Translations under genes and position numbers: made by a program | The notes under the pieces: generated by a model | Told to the model about the DNA's origin: nothing | Seen by the model: only the letters and a program-made list of their open reading frames with translations | The model's database searches: none | In this document: positions 49,890 to 62,376 of the stretch, in pieces | Numbering within the stretch: the stretch's first letter is position 1 | Layout: each line of letters begins with the position of its first letter | From: Felis catus | Lineage: Eukaryota | Direction: 5' to 3' | DNA: 64,000 nt | Assembly (NCBI RefSeq): GCF_018350175.1 | Contig: NC_058368.1 | Location: forward strand, 40,674,001-40,738,000

Positions 49890-51232
49890 TATATTATTCA
49901 GAATTGCTTGTGTTGTCTATATCAGAGGTTTCAACACAAGTATCTAGCTCATCATTCTACCGGAAATTCTTATTTTTCCCTGAACTAACTCTATTCAGGT
50001 TTTCATGACCACTGGTCAACCAAAACTAGTTTAGATGATTTGGCAATGGCTTTCATATTGACATATCTATGGTCAATTCTCACTTCTCATTTTTTTGAAC
50101 TCCCATTGGCATTTGAAACAGCTAATTTATCTCTTTTCCTTGAAATAATTTGACCAATTTTCTCCAAGGAAATCCCACTCTCCCATTTCCCTCCTGCCTC
50201 ACTGGAAGCTCCTTATCAGCCTGTATGCTAGCTCCCTCCATATCATTTCTAATCTTTATGTGCTATTATGCCTAAATATTAGTCCTGTGAAATTTTTTTC
50301 CCTTCTTTATATATCCTACTCTTTTGTTTATTTCTTTGAGCCCAGAGCCTGATATTAATCAAACCTATCTGGGTCTGACTTCTATCTGGCATCTCCACAT
50401 AAGTGATCAATTGGTATCTCAAACTTAACATGTCAGAAACATTTGGAACTCAACAAATGGTAACTGTGTCCCTCAAGTTGCTCATACTGAAATCTTGACT
50501 CTCCACATCTCACATTCAATTCATTAACAAATCTTTTGTTTTCATTCAAAATATATAACCAATGTCTGACCATTTCTCACCACCTCCACAGCCACCACTT
50601 TCATCCAAGCCACCAGATGCTCTCCTGGACCACATACATTACCTCCTCTCCTGCTGCCCGTTCTGTGTATAGTTAATTCTGTGCAGGTCTCCTCATTATC
50701 CTTTGGAAGAGTCTATATTACTCCTCTGCTCCAAACTCCCCAATGTTTTCACATATCTATAGGATATTTCACCCCTATTCACTCTCTAAAGTTATATCCC
50801 TCTTTGCCTCCCTGGCTTAATCTACTCTGACTACACTGTGTTTCTCAATGTAACAAGTAATGCTCACACCCCAGGGATATAGCCCTTGCCATTCTCTGTA
50901 CCTACACTCCTTTCATAAGATGTCCTTCTCCTCTTTAAGGTTTTTATAGAAAAATCACATTTTCACACTCTGGTAAACATATATAAAATAAAATCCCACT
51001 GCTCAGGCACTCAGTAATCCTTCTTCACTACTTCATTTTTTTCTCTTGTATTGTATTCCTTATATGACATTTACATGTTTTAATTATTATGTGATTAATA
51101 TTCTGACTTCCTCAGCTAGAATGAAAGCATCATGATTAGAGTTTTTTTTTTCTGTTTAGTTCATTCCTGTGTCTGTTTTATAGAAAAGTGACTTGCACCT
51201 AGTAAGTGCTAAATAAATATTTGTTGACAAAA
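49890..51232 (+). mobile_element. Ancient LINE-2 fragment
   Basis: 'ggtatctcaaacttaacatgtc', 'ccacctccacagccaccact', 3' end 'tagtaagtgctaaataaatatttgttga'. Confidence 0.75.
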
Positions 51233-51685
51233 TTAATTAGGTAAAATTCTCACAGGAATGCTTGATGCCAGAAAACATATTGACTGTTAAAGAGAAAATA
51301 GTATCTTCCAAAAGATAATTAGATAGAGTTTTAATTGATTAAAGACAAAAATAACAGAAGAACAAAAACCAGTATATGGCTAAATGAAAGTATTAATACC
51401 ATTTTTTAAGCACATGTAGGACAGGTACAAGATCAAAGAAAAGAATAATGCTGGAAATTTGTTAGTCTTGAATTATAGCTGTCAATCTTCCCACACTATC
51501 AATCATGCTTTGTTATAACAGGTTCATAGTGGTTAAAGGAAAACTTATCTTAATAAGTTATTGGAAGAACTTACAATCCAATACCAATTACATTTCATTT
51601 CTCAGGGTGAATGAAAAATATTGCTGCCATTACATAATACTTGAGACCAAATAAATTCAAAAATTAAATTTCACATTCAAATTCT

Positions 51686-51939
51686 TTTTTTTTTTTTATT
51701 TCTTATTTTATTTTATTTTTTTTAAATTTTTTTTTTCAACGTTTATTTATTTTTGGGACAGAGAGAGACAGAGCATGAATGAGGGAGGGGCAGAGAGAGA
51801 GGGAGACACAGAATCGGAAACAGGCTCCAGGCTCTGAGCCATCAGCCCAGAGCCCGACGCGGGGCTCGAACTCCCGGACCGCGAGATCGTGACCTGGCTG
51901 AAGTCGGACGCTTAACCGACTGCGCCACCCAGGCGCCCC
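51686..51939 (-). mobile_element. Very young SINEC_Fc-type SINE
   Basis: Abundant retained CpGs (gagcccgacgcggggctcgaactcccggaccgcgagatcgtg), long T-rich tail, perfect TSD TCAAATTCT. Confidence 0.96.
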
Positions 51940-52521
51940 TCAAATTCTGATTCAGTAGGACAATTTTCATAACAGTCAAAGTGGTGAGTGACTATTCATG
52001 CATTAATCTGCTGAGCATTTTTTTTTTTATTATTCAGAGCATATCTATGTACTGCCTTCTGAATTAAAATAAATAAATAAAAAGGAAAACAGGCCCTTCA
52101 TATCTTTGTACTTACTTTGCATTTAAAATATATAACTTGACAAATGTCCCAGATTCTTTCAATTTAGTCATGCTTCCAAAATGCTGATAGATCATAGACA
52201 TTAACCGTATATTATGTTTCATTTGTAACACTATTCAACCTATCACCAATTTACCACCTTTCTGTTTCTTCCAAATACCTGTCAAAATACTTGCCCTCTG
52301 AACAAATTTTGGAAACCTTACCAAAGCTATGGGTAATAATATCCAGTAATTGGTTATAATTTAGCACATTTCCCCATGTCTTACTTCTCAAAGACCAAGC
52401 ACATAATGTTTTATTAGTTAGAACGGGAAAGAGAGAGAAAAATGTCATTTCTTATTTCCACCCAATAAGTCAAGTGATAAGTTTGATTTTCCATATGTGT
52501 TTGTTTAAATAAATTGCTCAT

Positions 52522-52575
52522 TCTTATTTCTCCCATTTCTTTACTGTATCTTATTTCTCCCATTTCTTTACTGTA
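52522..52575. repeat. Perfect 27-bp tandem duplication
   Basis: tcttatttctcccatttctttactgta x2. Confidence 0.9.
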
Positions 52576-53087
52576 TCCATTGTTCTCCAACTTCTTGTGA
52601 CTTTAGGTGGTCATTTTTTAAAACACATTTTCTTTTTCTTATAAATCTCTTTATATCATTTACATAAACCAAAGTAAATTTGAAATAAAAAAAGTCTTTA
52701 CAAACATGTCACAGAGGATTTCTTATCATTGTGCAATTATTTTTAATACTTTGAGCTACAGAACCAAATACTAGTGCCATGAAAGCAGACACCATTTCAA
52801 TTAAGGTGAGTCTCTTAGGACAGCAATTTATAATTCAAAGCTTAGATAATAATAGATAAGCTAATGTTATTTATTTCTAACTCTCCTTCCTTCTTGTTCC
52901 TTGGTTAAATCATTGAGGAATGCCTGGATACTCTCTATAATTTCAAAAATTTCAACTAATTTCCATAGGCAAAAATCTTACTCTTTACCAACAGTTTTAG
53001 AAAACCCCATCATTCTTGAATAAGACTTATGAGATCTTCATAATATAATTTTAAGTTTACATAGCTCTGTTATTTTCCTCAAAAGAC

Positions 53088-53260
53088 TTCCTTCCTCCCA
53101 GCCTGCCTGCCTGCCTTCCTTCCTTCCTTCCTTCCTTCCTTCCTTCCTTTCTTCCTCCCTCCCTCCCTTCTTCCCTTCCTTCCTTCCTCCCTCCCTCCCT
53201 CCCTTCTTCCCTTCCTTCCTTTCTACCTCCCTCCCTTCTTTCCTTTCTTTCTTCCTTCCT
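53088..53260. repeat. (CCTT)n/(CCTG)n/(CCCT)n microsatellite
   Basis: Visible. Confidence 0.92.
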
Positions 53261-53371
53261 GATATTATTGACTATTTTCCTTATGCTGTACTTTTCATCC
53301 CCATAAAATACGTATGTTGTAACTGAAAGTTTGTACCTCTTAATCCCCCTCACCTATTCCTAAACTAATTT

Positions 53372-53465
53372 CTTTTTTTTTACGTAATTGCTCACCCAAA
53401 ATGGATCTCACATCTCCGAGATAAAGAGTCTCATGCTCCACCAACTGTGCCAGCCAGGTGCCCCC
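53372..53465 (-). mobile_element. Short CAN-SINE variant
   Basis: 'gagataaagagtctcatgctccaccaactgtgccagccaggtgcccc'. Confidence 0.8.
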
Positions 53466-54265
53466 CCCCCCCCCCGCACCAACCCCAGGCCAATTTCTAA
53501 TGAAATATATTTCTGTGTGTTTCCAGTGTTTAATCTCGTAGTCTGAAATGTTCAAAAAGATTTGTAAATCTTTTTGAGTAGGAGGGTTCATTTTCCTCTG
53601 TATTGAAAAATATGTTTCATATATTGGTTATATTTTTACTATATTTTGCGAAACATCTATTTGACTATTGTATAGTCAGATACATTCCACTAATATATTT
53701 AAAACACTCAAATGTTTTCTCATTGGTTTTGGTATAAAATTCAAGTTTCCTGTACAGAAGATCTATGATCTAAACACACATCTCTTACTCTTCTACACCC
53801 TCACCGTGCAAAACTGAAGGACCCACATTTTCCCAAATGTAGGAACAGTTTCAGGTAACTTTCACTTATGTTCTTCTGTGCTTAGTGTACCTCATCAGCA
53901 GGCATAATCCTCTTTACCCTACAACCCTGCCCGTATCTGTCATCATATTTGTATCTAAGACTTTTGTATCTGGCATGTATTTGGCAACTACAAACTATTT
54001 TCTAGGAAAAAAAAAAGAATTTATTAATAAGAAGAAAAATGGCAGGAGAGCAAACCATTTGCTTGTAGGTAAAAATAATTATTTTGGTTTCCTGAAACCC
54101 TCTTTAGAATTAGGTTAGACAGTAGTTTTTTTTGTTGTTTTGTTTTGTCTTGTTTTGTTTTTGACGTTAAACACATTAAGAAGGTTTGCCATATGTATTT
54201 AAGAAATAGCTAATTAGTACATATCATTCCATGTGATTTTATGAGCATTTTAAAATTTAATCTCT

Positions 54266-54482
54266 GGGACACCTTGGTGGCTCAGTTGCTTGAGCGGCCT
54301 ACTCTTGATTTCAACTCAGGGCCTGATTGCACGGTTGGTGAGTTTAAACCCCACGTCAGGCTTTGCGCCGACACCACAGAGCCTGCTTGATCTTCTCTCT
54401 ACCTTTCTCTGTGTCCCTCCCCTGCTAGTGCTCTCTTTCTCTTCTAAAAATGAATAAGTAAACTGAAAAAAAATAAAATAAG
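54266..54482 (+). mobile_element. CAN-SINE
   Basis: gggacaccttggtggctcag head, (CT)-rich segment, A tail. Confidence 0.92.
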
Positions 54483-54519
54483 AACTAAAACTTAACCTTC
54501 ATAGAATTATTTCCTGTTA

Positions 54520-54640
54520 CTTTAATACTCATTTATAGATGATGAAACTGAGGCTAAAAAGATTTAAGTAACTCGTTCAGTGTCATACAGGTAAGTAACA
54601 AGGCAACATTTGAACAAACATTTGACTTCAAACCTGATAA
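54520..54640 (-). mobile_element. MIR SINE
   Basis: 'catttatagatgatgaaactgaggct...aagtaact...gtcatacag'. Confidence 0.75.
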
Positions 54641-56369
54641 TCTAATGGAATATTTGATGGTGCCCATTAGGGCCCCTCCCCCCCGCCCCCCCAAAAAAAG
54701 TTTTAGGACCAGAAACAGATTCCAACAGAGAGCTAGCTAAGTCTTTGAGATTTTAAATAATTCATAGCAAATTATTTTTAGAATAGATTTTACTTCACCT
54801 CAAAGCAGACACTGATAAAAATATTTAGGTAAAATTGTTTGTTATTATCATGTTTTATTTGCTCTAGTTTACAAAAAAATGAATATTTTAAGGAAGAGAT
54901 TCTATCTAAACTCTTTAGATAACCCTAAGCATTAACTCTTGTGCACTTGAGTACAGTATATTCTAGCTGGATTTATATTATAGTTTAAAGCTATTCAAGT
55001 TAAATATATCCATTTTGACCTCTATTTAAGCCTCTTTTGAAACCAACATTTTATTGGTTTTAACTATATTGATTTTTCAATTGAAGATAACATTCCATTC
55101 ACATGAAAGTTCATTTGTTACAGCTTTCCATTTATAAGCCCCTGTGTCTTGATTTAATGTTATTTTCTTGCAGAAACTAAAGTTTGTAGGTCAATCTTGA
55201 AGAATGAGTATAACCACAGATATAGCAGATGCCTCATGAAATTATCTTCTATGCTTCTCTGTGACCTCTGTCAAGGAAATAACACTCAAATCTGCGTCAG
55301 CATGAACAGCTGTGGATGCCGCTGTTAGATAGCTGTGACCTATCCTCCCAAGGGTAGTGCCCAACCGGGAGGGAATGGTGATTTTCGCAGAGTCAATGTT
55401 ATTAACGCCAACATAAATCAGAAAATACTGCTTCAAATCTAAAAATTAGATGCCACAGTTCATAAAAAAAACAAACTTCCTTTATAATAAATCAAACCAA
55501 GTTCCATGTAGACATTTATGAAAATGATAATAACAATTGTATAAATATTTTTCTATCCCTCAAAACTTTATCTAAAATAAATGTGTAAATGGACATAGAA
55601 GTTGCACATGTCTCTTTCAGAGAAATACATTAGAAATCATACTCTTCAGTTGAAAGAGCTTTTAAGTAGAACTGTACAGTGTGGCGATGGTAGGAGGAAA
55701 CATTGCAGCTATTTTTATGCAGTTTAACTGCTATCTGCTTCTTATCGTGCTAGACCAGTTCATAAGTAGGTAGTGAAGAAAATGCAAAATGAGGGATTTC
55801 ATTCACATGGCCAAATGTATTCACTAAAATATAATTTTCCATGTTATAATTTAACCATGTGATCAATTACCCATTCTATTTATAAACCCATATTTATGTG
55901 TGCATATATAATTTATATATAATGTAAATAATATATTCTAAATATGATAATATATATCATATAAACACATATAAATAAAACACCTGCACACATTTACGTT
56001 CATATCATACATACACTGAATGTACTTTGGTTTTTTAAGATTCTCTTATTACTTCTGAATAGCTTTAAGCTGGTACTACATGATATCTATAGTAAAATCC
56101 AGCCTGAGGAAGCTCTTAATAAAAAGAAAATGGCTATATATGTTTAATTAGCATATTTGTGTTTCTGTTAAAGCATGTTTAACTCTATAGTTTTTCATGA
56201 GCTTAAGAAAGTAAATCAAAATAACCAACTATTTTTGCATGTAGAAATGTGTGGAAGAAACCTTTTGGCTGCTAGATAGGACACAGGTATCCAAGTTTTG
56301 ACCATAACGTTTGAATTAGTGATACCAGAAAACTTCAGTCTTAAACTATCCCCAAGTTCTCATCTGGGA

Positions 56370-56389
56370 TTTTTTTTATGTTTATTTAT

Positions 56390-56433
<44 letters not shown>

Positions 56434-56601
56434 GTGAGTGGGAGAGGGGCAAAGAGAGAGAGGGAGACGCAGAATCCGAAGCAGGCTCCAGGCTCTAAGC
56501 TGTCAGAACAGAGCCTGCTGCAGGGCTCGAACTCACAGACAGCAAGATCATGACCTAAACTGAAGTCAGATGCTTAACTGACTGAGCCACCCAGGCGCCC
56601 C
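56370..56601 (-). mobile_element. CAN-SINE
   Basis: TSD ctcatctgggatttt; ends tgagccacccaggcgccc. Confidence 0.95.
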
Positions 56602-56872
56602 TCATCTGGGATTTTGTTCCCCAGATGTAGTTCTGAAACCAGGAAACCAGAAGGGTCCTTGAAAAAGAACAAACCAAGCCTCCACTCTCATAATTATTAA
56701 AACCTAGTGAGTGGCAGCCCACAGCAAACAGATAAATTTATTTGTTATTTATTGTTATTGTTACTTATTGCAAAGAGTAACATAGGTAAAAAAAATCAGT
56801 TAAGAAAAGGATAGTGAGAGAAAACTGATATTTTAGATGGAGTGGATAGGGAATTTTTCTTAATAAGGAGAC

Positions 56873-56959
56873 AAATAAAATAAAATAAAATAAAATAAAA
56901 TAAAATAAAATAAATAAAATAAAATAAAATAAAATAAAATAAAATAAAATAAAATAAAA
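56873..56959. repeat. (TAAAA)n pentanucleotide microsatellite
   Basis: Visible perfect array. Confidence 0.95.
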
Positions 56960-57165
56960 GTCGCCCCGGGTGGCTCAGTTGGTTAAGCGTCAGACTTCAG
57001 CTCAGGTCATGATCTCAAGGCTGGTGGGTTCAAGCCCGGAGTTGGGCTATGCGCTGATAACTCAGAGCCTGGAGCCTGCTTCAGATTCTGTGTCTCCCTC
57101 TCTCTCTCTGCCCCTCCCCTGCTCACACTCTCTCTCCTTAAAAATAAATAAACATTAAAAACAAA
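56960..57165 (+). mobile_element. CAN-SINE
   Basis: gggtggctcagttggttaagcgtcagacttcagctcaggtcatgatctc; AATAAA tail. Confidence 0.95.
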
Positions 57166-57179
57166 AATAGGGAGACCAA

Positions 57180-57665
57180 AAAAGCAGGATCTAGAATTAT
57201 TGGTGTTTTGGAAGACAAGGTCTAGGAAAGGAGAAGCAAAGGCCTCAAACGTGTTTGCTCTGCGTGTTTGAGGAAAAGCAAAGAGGCCAATGTAGCTGCT
57301 TTGGAATGAGCAAAGGTTAGAGCAGGAAATGGGGGAGGAGGGAGCAGCTGAGGGACCTGGTGTTCTTTTCAGTCCATTTTAAGGAACTTGCCTTTTGTTC
57401 CAGGTGATATGAGAAAGCATTGGGGGGACTGGGCAAAGGGGTGACATGGAATTATTAGGTTTTGTAAGAATCACTTCTACTACTCTGGGTAAAATAAATG
57501 AAGGGTGGGGAAAAGTAGCATTAGAGAGACAAGCTTGTAGGCTCCTGCAGTTAGCCAGGTGAAAAGGATGGTTGAGTAGTAGAGGTAGTGGTGGTGGGGA
57601 GATACCAGACTCAGATATATTTTGAAGGTAGAGATGACACAAATTGTTACATTGGACTTGAGCTG
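57180..57665 (-). mobile_element. LINE-2 fragment
   Basis: 'gtttgaggaaaagcaaagaggccaatgtagctg...cagatatattttgaaggtagag' typical L2. Confidence 0.7.
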
Positions 57666-59181
57666 GGAAAGAACAAGACCTTAACAATATCTGTTTTCAC
57701 CATACCCCATTTATCCCCTAGTACCTCTTTTTCACTCAAATGTTTACCACCTGAAATCTGATTCATTTCAAGCAAAAGTATATTAGAAAAGAATCATGCT
57801 AAATAAGTACAAATAGGAAATAAAATAAAAACATGATCAGTATTCTTGTTTTTCCACAAGTAACTCAGGAAGCCAATATAATCTTTTTGCTAGATACGTA
57901 TTTATGAATGCCGAGAAGGCCACCATTTGTCTTTGGCATTACTCTATCTTTCTTTTCAAGCATCATTACCTTTGCATTTTTCCCTTTCCTAGAAGAATGG
58001 AACCCTTATTTTTCTGTACCTGGCTACCCACAGTCTCCTCATAGAGGCCATTCTGTTTAATGGCCTCTATGGTCTAGATAAACACTGGTCTAGATAAACA
58101 CACAATCCACACGAGAGAGTCATAAGTCTTAGGTTGTCTTTTATCCATATTTTATAGATAAGAAAACGAAACAGGAGTGATTAAATCATTTGCTCAACTG
58201 CATAAACCTACTGACAATAGAACAGGATTCACACCCTAGAAACCTGGTCCCAGAGTTTATTCTCTTAGACTCCAGATTGTTAAGCTTCACACATAATTCA
58301 CTGCCCCCTCCTGGCTGGTAAAATTTGCTGCCTGTAAATTCCTTCAAGTCCTGTTTTGTTTTGTTTTTTTTTTTTTTCTGGGAACACAAACCTGGTGAAG
58401 ATTTTTATTTGGTAAATTACATGGAGCTAATCCATTCTCCAATTAAAGAGCAAATAAAAACAAAGGTGAAACAAAAGAAAAACCTGTGCAGCACCACTGT
58501 GCCTGTCAGTCCAGTTGAAATGAATAAACTGTCAAGACACCAATCTACTTAACAATTCCACAGGCTACTGGATCACTTATTAATACTATTTTGCCATATT
58601 TACAGACTCATTATATTTTTATTTCACATTCTAAATTCAAAAACCTCATGGAGTTTCTTTGACTTGCTTATGCTTTTGTTTGGGTAAGTCTACCAAACAA
58701 AAACAAAAACAAAAACACATTGAAATCAATGCTTTTCTGTTGTTACTTAAAAAGTCTAGGTTTCCTCATCATTTTTATCCTCCGTGTCCATTTACATACT
58801 AGATTAAATGGACAGAAATTACAAGATATTGTTCTTCAAAACCTAGAAGTTATTATTCTATGTATTTGTTTACATGCAGTGTCACTTTTGAGAATTCATA
58901 TGTCAGCTGCTGTCCTGTACATTTGTATGGAAAGTATTTTTCTTAAGATTTTTTGATTATTCATTTCCTTTTCTTTAATTCCAGTTTATTGATCACTAGT
59001 ATAATTTTTTAAATCTAGCTTGCCTTGTACTTGACAAAAATTTTAAATCTGAAGTCTCACATTTTCCCTAATTTTATTAAATTCTGATGTTGTAACTTTA
59101 AATACTTTCCCAAATTATCTTCCTCTCCTAAGACTCCTCTGTTGTTTCTTCCTCTACCTTTCATATTCTGGAAGATGTATA

Positions 59182-59232
<51 letters not shown>

Positions 59233-59982
59233 TTACATGCTGTCTCTTTGTGTCTAACTTGTTCCTAACCTTCAAGCTGCTAATTAAGTTCTTTATTTCA
59301 TTTTGCATTTTTCATACCCGGCATTTCAACGTGATTCTTCCTTATGACTCCTTATTCCTGCTTTTTATTTTCAATCTCTGCTCATATCTCTTTGAGAGTA
59401 TATAATCCCTTTATTATACATTTTTATTTGGTTTGGTTCATTAATACCAGTTAAGGTGCCATAGATTATTTCATTTTTAATATTTCATATATCAGTTAAA
59501 TTTTTCAGGTATTGTTTTCTTTGTGAGTTCTTGTTCCCTGGTATATAACTACTTGCCTAGTAATGTGAAAGGAGAGGATCAAGCAGAATTTCAGTCTGAT
59601 GTAGGAACTAATGACTTTCGTGTGGAAGAGAACCACTGATTAAAAATATAGGCTGACCGCTCTCTGAATACAACAATTCTGACCCGCAGATAACCACCTC
59701 TAACTCTCTTTCAAAGATTGCTATTTTCTAAGGGCTATCTCCCCTGCTTGTAATCACCACTTCTTCTGGGTATATACATATACCACATGGTAAGGGCCTG
59801 CCAGAGGCCCAACTGGCCTAATTGTGTTCCCACCCAGTCACCCTCCAACACAAACTCAAGTTACCTACTGCTAATGATGCATCTTGCTTTGATGATAGCA
59901 TTGAAAAGAAACACCAAGAGCAGTATTGGGAACAGGGCACCACTAAAATATCTACTCTGTCCTATGTGTGGCAGTCATGCAA

Positions 59983-60216
59983 TTTTTTTTAATTTATTTA
60001 TTTTTAAAATTTTTAATGTTTATTTGTTTTTGAGAAGAGAGAGACAGAGTGTAAGTCAGGGAGGGGCAGATAGAGAGGGAGACACAGAATCTGAAGTAGC
60101 CTCCAGCCTCTGAGCTGTCAGCACGGAGCCCGATGTGGGGCTTGAACTCATGAACTGTGATTTCATGACCTTGAAACCGAAGTCAGACGCTTAACCAACT
60201 AGCCACCCAGGCACGC
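59983..60216 (-). mobile_element. CAN-SINE
   Basis: TSD cagtcatgc; ends agccacccaggcacgc. Confidence 0.94.
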
Positions 60217-60359
60217 CAGTCATGCTATTTTTAACCAAGAGATTACTAATTAATTCTCTGTTTTTAACCTTTGGTATCCCAGTGTTTCCTCACAGTTATT
60301 ATGTTATAATCATTTCCAGCATTTAGTTATGGTGAGAGACTAAAATCTAAAATTAGAAT

Positions 60360-60393
<34 letters not shown>

Positions 60394-62214
60394 CTTTACA
60401 CTATAACAATAGGCATGAGTTATGATTTTCAAAAATGTTTCATATATATCTTAAGATATTTAAATATTAACTATATGGAAATATAACGTGTTAGTAGGTT
60501 GAACATATTCTAATCTCAGATATCTCACATAGAGTCTTTTCATTACTAGGTTTGGAATTTGCTTTTTATACTTTCTCAGACATTGAATTTAAATTACAAT
60601 CATAGATTAATATAGTTTAAAATCTGGTCCTAAGACTAAAAAATATGAGAGTGAAGTAGATCCATTATAAATGACTGTAAAATAGATGGCCTTGTTCTAA
60701 TAACTGACCCTGAGCTTTGCAGGTCAAGAAATTTGATATTGATGTACAGGGAATGTATTAGTCTCTCTTAACCACTATTTCTTCCATTGACCTTCAGGGC
60801 TCTCTTCAGAATCAGTATACATCAACAATTAAATAACTATTCAGAATGTTGCTTCTTTAGCAGAGATTCCAGAAAGGAGATGGAGGTCTTCATAAGACAT
60901 GTATCCCTATTCCCCAAAAGAAAATATCCCCACTCACCAAGTGAATCATTGGTTGCAAATCTGAGATTTTGTTTCTTTCTTGGACAAAGCTACATTCTGG
61001 ACATTCACCCACAGCCAGCTCTGTGAATATGTTTCTTTTCTGTGCTTACTCTGCTGACCATGTATTCTTAGTCAACCTTACATATGCTTTCATGCAGGGA
61101 GACTTTCAGCCTCTTGATTTTATGTGCTGACTCGAGTTAGTTGATTTCAAAGGTCATGGGAGAATTACTATTTCCAGCACCAGTTGACAGTACTGGGAAG
61201 AGATTCTAGTGTTTTGAATTACATTCCACCCTATGAACTAAAGAAAAAGAACATTGCTCTTCTCAAGAAATCTTGAGTAGTTGGCTTCCACTATATACCT
61301 AGGTAAAATCCTTTGGCATCTCTACCTTCCAACTTCTTCTTTCTCAAATACATTAACATTTAATATAACTTTAACATCTACAACCTTGTTAGGCTTTGCT
61401 ATATCAAAATATAATTTATTGGACAGCAAAACGTGTCTAGACTTTGTATACATATAGTGAAGAGATGAAAATTTCTATTCTGCCGTTTATAAGGATCCTT
61501 TGTGATAAAAGTGTACAACAACACAGTAGTACATCATATATTAAAACAGCATATACCAAATTCAAATTATGGAAATGGTTAACAAATCATATATACAAAC
61601 TGTATCATAATATAAACAGGAATATGTGTGCATATGTGTATTGCTCATAATACCCATGCCTCCTGTGCAGCATGTGGAGAGATTTTATTCAGAAGATCAT
61701 AAGAAATAGTATTATCTTAGTGGACTTACAATTTTATTATATTAAATTTCAGACTAGTGAGATTTTCTGTGTTTAAGCTGCTGCACTATTTCAGAAGATC
61801 TTGTTTTTTTCTGTTTTTTTTGCTCTAGGGAAATGGTGATTGTACTTTAAAGATATCATCTTATTCTTATTAAATTAATACTTTGTGATTATTCACTAAA
61901 AAAAAGAAGCTTGTTAACATCTATCACAGCAATCAGGTCACATGAAAGTAGTATACACAATCATGAGTGTTTGTTCTTTGATAATTTTCTCAATTTAAGC
62001 TCTTAGGGGATATTAGAATAGCCCTTTGAAAGAAAACCCATCAGCATTGTATATATACCACATATATATTTATTAATCTACAGAATTTTGTAATGATATT
62101 CTAAAAATTTTTCAAAACTTTCAGGTTTATATTTCCATGTTTATTCATATTGCAAACTCATCGTTAGTTACTTTTACTATAGTTTTAGACTTTTAAAATA
62201 CATGGGTGAAATGC

Positions 62215-62376
62215 TTAGTTTCGCTGCACAAACTGTTAAGCAGAAACAGCAACGACACCTAAGAACATGTTAGAAATGCAGAATCTTGGGCCCCACCCCA
62301 GATCTACAGAATCCGATTCTGCACTTTAACAAGATCTCTAGCTAATTCAGTACATTTAAATGTTAGAGATACGCAG
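62215..62376. mobile_element. MER5A-type hAT MITE
   Basis: 'gttagaaatgcagaatcttgggccccaccccagatctacagaatc...ctgcactttaacaagatc'. Confidence 0.8.
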
